DNA from: an uncultured virus (IMG/VR IMGVR_UViG_3300042907_002442) | Lineage: Duplodnaviria > Heunggongvirae > Uroviricota > Caudoviricetes | Reading direction: 5' to 3' (one strand) | IMG/VR virus record: IMGVR_UViG_3300042907_002442 | Length of the DNA stretch: 64,000 nucleotides | In this document: in pieces, positions 58,201-64,000 of the stretch | Layout: each line of letters starts with the position of its first letter | Position numbering within the stretch: the stretch's first letter is position 1 | Made by a program: the position numbers and the translations under genes | Notes under the pieces: generated by a model | What the model saw: the letters and a program-made list of their open reading frames with translations, nothing else | What the model was told of the DNA's origin: nothing | Databases searched by the model: none

Positions 58201-60066
58201 TCTGCTTTTACAACATCTCAAGTAGGATATTATAGTTCTTTAGATGCTCAAAACCCAGGACCAAGTATGTTTAATTCGACGATAAACAACCAATATGAGG
58301 GAATAGTATCGTCAATATGGAATGACTTTTTTACAACGTCGAATAATGGATTGATTAAAGTAAAAAAGTATGAACAATATGAAGATTTGTCTGGCGCGGC
58401 TTATTATTACTTACAAGGGGGTAGGAGACCGAATGATGTCAGTACTTTTTACTATACAAAAGTATTATTACCAAGTTTACTTACAAATCCTCTGAATATA
58501 AATAACTCTAACTTGAACGTGATGAGAACAGACAGGCTCCCATCATCAGATGCTTTAGACGGGTCCAGCTGGAATAATAACCCGGCCCTACTACAACAAA
58601 ACTTAAATTTTGCAATTTATGTGATAAGTTCTACAGACCAAGGGATATCAACGGTTAGCTTCGGTCAAGGTGCGGATATAATACCCCCTGACATTGAGGG
58701 ACAACTTGCTTGGACTAATGTATTAGATTCCTTTAGTTGTGAAAATGCAGTTTCTTTGGGTTGTTATGAAAAATATAATACTAGCTTTGGTGTAAATAGA
58801 AATTGTGCCACAAAAGATGATGTTGAAAGTGGTTGTTATGTCTTTATGAGAAGACCACTTCGTGATTTAGGAAAAGACATAAGAAATTTTAATGAATGGG
58901 GTTTCAGATATAGGTTTTTCTTCGGATTATGTAGAGGGGTGTTGGCTCAATCATTTACAAATAATTGGTTGAATGGGTCACTTTTTACATTCCCAATACA
59001 AATAACCAGAAAATGGGGGAGAGATAATAGATTGAAAGAACTTAGATATCCAAGAAATCTAATATATTTTGATGCGTCTACAAATAATTTCTATTACAGA
59101 AGTAGTCCGTGGTTAGGGACACCAACGACTGGCTCATTCATAGGGAAACCAACGTTGGGTCAATCATTTCCAATGAACATTAGAAATTTATTATTTCCAA
59201 CGACAATAATGAATTTGGGTATGAAAGATTCATTTTATGATGAGATAACTTTCACACCCTCTACTGCGGCTTATGTTATGAATAATTTGAATTCAACAAG
59301 TTATCAAGATACGTCCAACATCGTGAATTTATTTGTGATTTCTAGAATTGCTAACTCTACTTTCCTCACGCGAATCACAAATAATGATTCGTTGAATGTG
59401 TTATTCAGTAGAAATCCAAACATTCCTCCGAAAAACAGAATTGATGCGGATTTAGCACAAATGATGTCAATCAATTGTGAAATCGGGGTCGTACCTTTTA
59501 CCCCCGAATATTATGATAGTACTGGTCCGGTGAATACAAATCCTGTCGTTATTTATGGTACTACCGCAGAGAATGCTCTTATGGGAATATTTTTCTCATC
59601 CACAACCTTTGACTTGCAAACGAAAGATTTTATTTCACCAGGAATTATAAATTTCAGACCGAATCCTTTCGTCCCAGCAATTACATATCCATATGGGATT
59701 AAATCTCAAAAAGTACCATTCTATCAATGGCAATTGAATCAACCGCAAAGTATATTTACAATATTTGGTAGTGAGAGGAACAATTGGGCTACAGACATTC
59801 CTGACATTGTTACCTCCGAGTATCAAAATTTAAATAGGAGAAATGTTACAACCCCAAATTATTTTGTACCGTCAAATACTTCTTTTGACATTTATCAAAG
59901 GGGATATATTTTCAACGTTGATTCAGTTGGAAATTATGACCCTAATGTTTGGAACTCAATGAAAAGTAAATTTATGATTGGTGCTCCTAATCATTTTTAC
60001 TTTGGATTATTCAAAGGTAAAAGTGCTATGGATTTATTTAAAACAAAATATCTACCTAATGAATAA
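55207..60066 (+). CDS. large baseplate-module protein with N-terminal carboxypeptidase-regulatory-like domain and an internal hydrophobic helical segment
   Basis: GVVVGRV...GIPNARVAI...KTNDSGDYMI.GVP.G; hydrophobic stretch at about 56707-57050; TATTTAT at 55186-92. Confidence 0.6.
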   Translation: MGQSYRIRTELGITKTINVELTQEFEFLEILSLKLQQQDVYSRLCADYGVVVGRVTANNGLGIPNARVAIFVPIEQIDQSNPVISSIYPYNSPSDRNEDGYRYNLLPYEPSYTGHAATGTLPSRLDVLTGQTAVEIYDKYYKLTAKTNDSGDYMIMGVPLGEQTIVMDVDLSDIGEFSLTPQDLIRMGLATEAQVAGNRFRTSADLNSLPQIINLTKVVEVSPLWGEPAVCQIAINRVDFDLRNEANVDIQPTAVFMGSIFSTSEQYAIKRNSKPKDDFGNLCQLETGPGQILAIRQTLQVDLSGNPFLEQYEIEKNGNVIDGNGAWLIELPMNLEYLVTNEFGERIISYDPSIGIPTKSKYRFKIKWQQSSNASEQYRRAYYLIPNIREFGWPSDIQDPNLSNIFNSQLQSSYYFGLDWSGYTSGLQGQEAVDKLDQIINCEDTFYEFEYNRVYTVSGLIDQYKDGSRGRFIGIKEIDNNSCEETVNKVPVNEGFRNFDLLFFVYSILLQILQIVGVPLLITYHLIAALWNFVVDIRNGLTTLGYAIGGLMTLVGAIEVIFAGTQFSSIFTNPGGLAGGLVVLKKAIAFTTTGLTILGITIGIDILTRLLRRRSFNRFYLPILTYPDCSSCSCGESFSDSDVGGSKVSLLTQFSSSFFYYEKILQSLTSQYSSEDAQIVALSFSQAMGTVGGDEAADNYKTTVSPETNLVDGNDRFFAYSPDLPFGERINVFNTRKKYFDGINKISVSFDYPANSALQHFDNTLTVVSQTSFESGTLMTFVDIARTQDVNYTTTGSTVASGFPNGISGTSINPSLSQYPVEYAINQTTNSQPVNYILSTGSTITNYKFPSDIEYYQVVTAITISDAIQIWGGNTTNGLLPTIFSSDTDILWNRRTGSSWGGLSITTYPVSATFADFNSQYVLILQRGVDPYSPNYVNRYGLGKLFGYPNENDYVVTASTRLNIPIQKNTDTTTSVQKFNNQSNIFYPSHFFRPGNDYSAFTTSQVGYYSSLDAQNPGPSMFNSTINNQYEGIVSSIWNDFFTTSNNGLIKVKKYEQYEDLSGAAYYYLQGGRRPNDVSTFYYTKVLLPSLLTNPLNINNSNLNVMRTDRLPSSDALDGSSWNNNPALLQQNLNFAIYVISSTDQGISTVSFGQGADIIPPDIEGQLAWTNVLDSFSCENAVSLGCYEKYNTSFGVNRNCATKDDVESGCYVFMRRPLRDLGKDIRNFNEWGFRYRFFFGLCRGVLAQSFTNNWLNGSLFTFPIQITRKWGRDNRLKELRYPRNLIYFDASTNNFYYRSSPWLGTPTTGSFIGKPTLGQSFPMNIRNLLFPTTIMNLGMKDSFYDEITFTPSTAAYVMNNLNSTSYQDTSNIVNLFVISRIANSTFLTRITNNDSLNVLFSRNPNIPPKNRIDADLAQMMSINCEIGVVPFTPEYYDSTGPVNTNPVVIYGTTAENALMGIFFSSTTFDLQTKDFISPGIINFRPNPFVPAITYPYGIKSQKVPFYQWQLNQPQSIFTIFGSERNNWATDIPDIVTSEYQNLNRRNVTTPNYFVPSNTSFDIYQRGYIFNVDSVGNYDPNVWNSMKSKFMIGAPNHFYFGLFKGKSAMDLFKTKYLPNE

Positions 60067-61729
60067 ATTCACCATCATACCAGCTAGTTTGTCTTACCAA
60101 TCTGCACCCAAAGTGGACCAAAAGGTAACAGTGACTTTGGAGGAAAAACAACAACAAATAACTGAATATGATAGAAACGCCACAATATCATTAGAAGATG
60201 TTTTTGAATCCGAGAGACAAGCTTCGAGAATTTATAGACCAACTTTCAAAATAAATTATCTCTATTCGAATACTTTGACAGGTACAACTAACTATACACC
60301 GTTCAGAGATAACTTGTTTTATGTGAATTCACTTGAATCAACACAAACAAACATATGGAAGGGGTTTCCACAATACTACGAATTCGATTTTTATAGACCT
60401 GATATAAATGACCAACATTTAGACTACTACGCAAAAAGTGCTTATACCTACAATTGGAATTATTATTTTTCTTACGCCTTCCAAAATAACCCTAATCAAG
60501 TTTTATATACCAACTTGGTTCCAATCAATAGTTGGGTTGCTAAAGATGGAATTCCATTCAGTATTCAAAATACTACTTTTAATGGAAGTAATGTCATAGC
60601 GTTCCAGTGTGTTGCACCACATGGATTGAGTGTTGGTGAATATGTGAAATTGTCCTTCAAATATGGAATAGTTGATTTATTCGAGGTTTATTCATTGGGT
60701 AATGGTCAGACAGATTCTGATGAGTACATTTTTAACATATTCAACTACGGATATACAGGTACAACATTTAATAATGGTAAAGTTGGTACTTTTAAAAGAG
60801 TTGGAAATCCTAACAATCTTTTAGAAACAACATCAGATTATTATGTCAGACAGAATAAAATATTGACAGGTGTTGATGATGCTCTGATGACTAAATCAGG
60901 TTTCGAAAAAAATATTTTTTTAGAAGAAAAACAATTACAACTAAGTTCTTTGACCCCTAATTTTATAACTACTATTGCTCAAAAAACTAGTAGTAATGCT
61001 TACAATGTTACCTCTTCTTATGATTTAGATATTACTACTTTAATAGATAATCAAAAAAGACCTTTAAGCGAACTATTCCTCACAATTATTCACAAAGGTT
61101 ATACAGGATATTTCTACGACCCTTCCAATCCAATAGGAATAAAAAGAGGATGGGAGTTTAATTTATCATCACCAACAAACCCATATTGGGATAGAAATAA
61201 TACTAACTCAAATTCAAATCTACAAATTTCAACATACACCAAACAAAACTACACTTTTGCATTTACAAAAGATTTAAACATAGGAGATATAATTGATGGG
61301 GATTTTTGTGAATGGAATAACTATGAACAGATAGAAAGGGTAATATCTCCACTTTATCATAAGATAAATTTCAATCCAAACGTATTTACACATTTACCTA
61401 TAAGAGAGGGTTATTATTATAAACCACATCATTCGATGACCTTGAGGATTTTTTCAGATTACATCGAAACCGCTAATGTCGGGTCCGTAGATAATGTTCC
61501 GAGTTATTCTTACTACTCAAGTGCTGACCGACAATTCAGATGGAGAGATTTATATGACTACGGGTTTTTCGACAATATAGGAAGAGGAGTTGATTATCCA
61601 TTTTTGAACAGTGCCCATTATCCATTTACTTCAATAGTTTTCAGATTGATTCCTGAAGGTGTAAATTTCAACGACAATCTATTTGGTATAAACTTCCCAA
61701 TCAAACCATTATTCGATGAGTGTGCATAA
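60059..61729 (+). CDS. putative structural protein
   Basis: ATG at 60059 overlaps the previous gene's end; Tyr/Asn/Thr-rich; lies in the baseplate operon. Confidence 0.65.
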   Translation: MNKFTIIPASLSYQSAPKVDQKVTVTLEEKQQQITEYDRNATISLEDVFESERQASRIYRPTFKINYLYSNTLTGTTNYTPFRDNLFYVNSLESTQTNIWKGFPQYYEFDFYRPDINDQHLDYYAKSAYTYNWNYYFSYAFQNNPNQVLYTNLVPINSWVAKDGIPFSIQNTTFNGSNVIAFQCVAPHGLSVGEYVKLSFKYGIVDLFEVYSLGNGQTDSDEYIFNIFNYGYTGTTFNNGKVGTFKRVGNPNNLLETTSDYYVRQNKILTGVDDALMTKSGFEKNIFLEEKQLQLSSLTPNFITTIAQKTSSNAYNVTSSYDLDITTLIDNQKRPLSELFLTIIHKGYTGYFYDPSNPIGIKRGWEFNLSSPTNPYWDRNNTNSNSNLQISTYTKQNYTFAFTKDLNIGDIIDGDFCEWNNYEQIERVISPLYHKINFNPNVFTHLPIREGYYYKPHHSMTLRIFSDYIETANVGSVDNVPSYSYYSSADRQFRWRDLYDYGFFDNIGRGVDYPFLNSAHYPFTSIVFRLIPEGVNFNDNLFGINFPIKPLFDECA

Positions 61730-62516
61730 TTACAAAATCCCAAACACATCTTTAACAAGTGAATCTTTGACAATTCCGATAGAAATGTCTTGGGATTATT
61801 TGGGTATTGACCAAAGTATAGATTTATATGAGGAAGAAATTATAACTGAGGTTATTGGTGTTGGAAGAGACTTTGAGTTATCAAGATTTGCTCACGCACC
61901 GTTTACAGGACAACCATATAATCTAAAAACTGAAATAAATTATGAGTTCAATTTTCATTCAGGAACCTCACTGAATAACGTAACTAATTGGGTAAACACT
62001 TATTTGGCTGCTGGATTCAGTGTACCTGATGTTTATTATTATAGGAATGCTTTTGCGAACTCATTTTTCAAGTTGGATTTTTACGATACTCCTGATGAAA
62101 AAAAACAAATAAATTATCTCACAGCAATAATTCCTACACAACAAGGTGAAAAACAACCAGCAATTTTACCAAGAGCTTTGGTTGATATTAAAAAACCAAA
62201 ATTTAAACTCGATTACGTTGGGGACAAAGAAGGGTTTTTCATTTATTGGTTGAAGAAAAGAAACTTTTTGGATATCAGTACCTTTTATATGTCGGCAAAA
62301 TTTTATGATGCTCGGACTGGTTTCTTTTTAAGAATGATGAACAAACCACAAAGTTTTTTTCCAAACTCCCAATTCACCTTCGATACAACAAGATATTTTT
62401 ATTATATAATGAAAATTGATTATCCGACTCAGACTTATAGAATTTTCGATTCGAATAACGTGAGATTCGGTCAACCAAATAACCCAGTCGTTTGGTATGA
62501 ATTTATAAACCCATAA
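61716..62516 (+). CDS. putative structural protein
   Basis: 266 aa overlapping ORF in the same operon. Confidence 0.65.
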   Translation: MSVHNYKIPNTSLTSESLTIPIEMSWDYLGIDQSIDLYEEEIITEVIGVGRDFELSRFAHAPFTGQPYNLKTEINYEFNFHSGTSLNNVTNWVNTYLAAGFSVPDVYYYRNAFANSFFKLDFYDTPDEKKQINYLTAIIPTQQGEKQPAILPRALVDIKKPKFKLDYVGDKEGFFIYWLKKRNFLDISTFYMSAKFYDARTGFFLRMMNKPQSFFPNSQFTFDTTRYFYYIMKIDYPTQTYRIFDSNNVRFGQPNNPVVWYEFINP

Positions 62517-62518
62517 TA

Positions 62519-63610
62519 ATGTCTGACGTATATAACATAATCATATCACCCGAAAATATTCAAGGAGATTTATTCAAAGTAAATTACCGAGGTATTGAAG
62601 TTGGTGTGTATTCAGGAATGAGTCAGGTTTTGAGTGCCGGTCCAAATGGTAGTTCATTACTCACTGGTTTGACAATACCAATCCTGATAACTCAGACTGC
62701 GGTTGATGTTGGATATTATAGTCCATTCGATGGTGCTGTACTCCAAAAAGACGTTGTGGCTAATTTTATATTTTCGTCAACAACAACATCACCTTATGTT
62801 TATTATGTTTATAATACCTCTAATCAATTTCAGAAATTTTTGGAACTTTCAGTTTATACTGTTGATTGGGGAGACGGTAGTCCTCTTCAAGTCATCAATA
62901 ATTTTACTCCAAACTTTTTGTCCCATACGTATCCAACCGCTTCCGCAAATTATACCATTACTTTACAACAGACAAATCCATGGGGACAAACTATGGTGAA
63001 AAAAGAAATTACATCACCATTTACAAACATAATTGCACCTAACCCCAACGGAACTGCGTTTTTTATTCCACAGGGTGGTAGTTGGGCTAACACACCAATA
63101 AGTTATGATTACATTTTCTCAGGTGATGCGGTGAACACGGTTGCGGCTCAAACATCAAACAACTATTTAACGGTACCGTTCCAAATTTCTGGTATATCTA
63201 AATCAAGACTTACTGAACTCCAACTCTACGGTCCCAATCAATATGAGTTATTCACACCAGTGATTGCTAATGGTCAAATTTGGGGTAATATTTTCGTTAC
63301 TGCTTCCACATACACAGGGTATACAATTCAAGGAATAAATTACTATGATTACATAGACGGCACTACTAACTACTTCCAAGATTCATCGGGGTTCACGAAT
63401 CAAAATTTAACAGCAGAACCTATTACAAAAAATGAAACTTTGATAAAAGCGGTGGACCAACCTCAAATTCAAACAGACGTTTTTGTTGAGAGGGGTAAGA
63501 ATAGTGCATATGAGAGGGTTCAAAGACTTGGTGAGGTCGATAATATAGGGGACATGATAAATTACGGATACGGATTTTTCAATGTAGAGGAAAAGGCAAG
63601 TGCCATCTAA
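62519..63610 (+). CDS. PKD-like domain structural protein
   Basis: YTVDWGDGS...SHTYP...YTITL...NPWG is a PKD-type Ig motif. Confidence 0.65.
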   Translation: MSDVYNIIISPENIQGDLFKVNYRGIEVGVYSGMSQVLSAGPNGSSLLTGLTIPILITQTAVDVGYYSPFDGAVLQKDVVANFIFSSTTTSPYVYYVYNTSNQFQKFLELSVYTVDWGDGSPLQVINNFTPNFLSHTYPTASANYTITLQQTNPWGQTMVKKEITSPFTNIIAPNPNGTAFFIPQGGSWANTPISYDYIFSGDAVNTVAAQTSNNYLTVPFQISGISKSRLTELQLYGPNQYELFTPVIANGQIWGNIFVTASTYTGYTIQGINYYDYIDGTTNYFQDSSGFTNQNLTAEPITKNETLIKAVDQPQIQTDVFVERGKNSAYERVQRLGEVDNIGDMINYGYGFFNVEEKASAI

Positions 63611-63645
63611 AAATCAAAAATAACTATTTATAAAAAAACTAAATT

Positions 63646-64000
63646 ATGGCAATAGGTTCATATGGTACAATAAGACCCAGTGATGTTTCTCCAGAAGATG
63701 TGGAAATATTGATGGTGTATACGCCATCAAGAGATGTCACAGATGATTTCACTCTTACAAAATTAAATGCACCAACAATATTGAGACCTTATTTCAATAA
63801 CACTCAGACAGGTGGTAATGCCGGTGTTGAGGTATTAGGTGGTTTATATAATTTGAGCTTACCAGCACAACAATTCAATGCTTTAGGAATTTATACTCTT
63901 TATCTTAGACCTGCTCAAATCAGAACTATTATTACTGATTGTGGAGTTTTAAGTGCTTTACCAACAGTGAAAGGGATAGTTGTAGATTTGGGTAATGTAC
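63646..64000 (+). CDS. 5' part of a putative structural protein, truncated by the window end
   Basis: ATG at 63646 after TATTTATA (63625-32); open to the end: MAIGSYGTIRPSDVSPEDVEILMVYTPSRD... Confidence 0.75.
   Translation, partial: MAIGSYGTIRPSDVSPEDVEILMVYTPSRDVTDDFTLTKLNAPTILRPYFNNTQTGGNAGVEVLGGLYNLSLPAQQFNALGIYTLYLRPAQIRTIITDCGVLSALPTVKGIVVDLGNV

Noticed and set aside
489..62999. Many short ORFs in the track antisense to or nested within long genes (e.g. 611..916, 7921..8103, 22748..23158, 31508..31900, 50219..50542)
   Set aside because: They shadow well-supported genes, have no recognisable motifs and have antisense-typical composition
1..64000. Stop-codon reassignment as seen in some large phages
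   Set aside because: Standard code gives near-complete coding density with intact multi-kb ORFs; TAG and TGA end genes at sensible positions (e.g. 4845, 37403, 14082)
1..64000. tRNA, rRNA, integrase or transposase
   Set aside because: Intergenic gaps are short and I saw no cloverleaf or T-loop signature or recombinase motifs; tRNAscan-SE or Infernal would be needed to exclude small RNAs

Overview
A gene-dense, AT-rich 64 kb segment of a large lytic myovirus genome with T4-like modules, read in the standard bacterial code. The host is most likely in Bacteroidota: there is a TTTG-N20-TAnnTTTG promoter before the SSB gene, and start regions are A-rich without Shine-Dalgarno sites. Virion genes (neck, tail terminator, sheath, tube, tail chaperone, tape measure, giant hub proteins, gp25/gp6-like wedge) are interleaved with replication genes (PolB, SNF2 helicase, SSB, RecA/UvsX, 5'-3' exonuclease, DnaB-like helicase, class II ribonucleotide reductase). 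The best candidate for an undescribed system is a phage-encoded virion O-glycosylation locus. Three Pro/Thr-repeat, mucin-like, Cys-rich proteins sit directly upstream of a four-gene glycosyltransferase cassette (GT60-like, GT25-like, HtrL-like, HtrL+GT-A fusion), and a [S/T]-G-x-T motif is enriched in virion proteins but absent from PolB, DnaB and NrdJ. Other notable items: a repeated TATTTAT putative late promoter, a probable +1 frameshift (TTT_TTT_CGC) in the tail chaperone gene, a Mn-type SOD fused to a PD-(D/E)xK-like domain, an unannotated ribbon-helix-helix gene with a heptad-repeat operator, SET and WYL proteins, and an OmpA-like domain inside a hub protein. All family calls come from motif recognition by eye; no searches were run.
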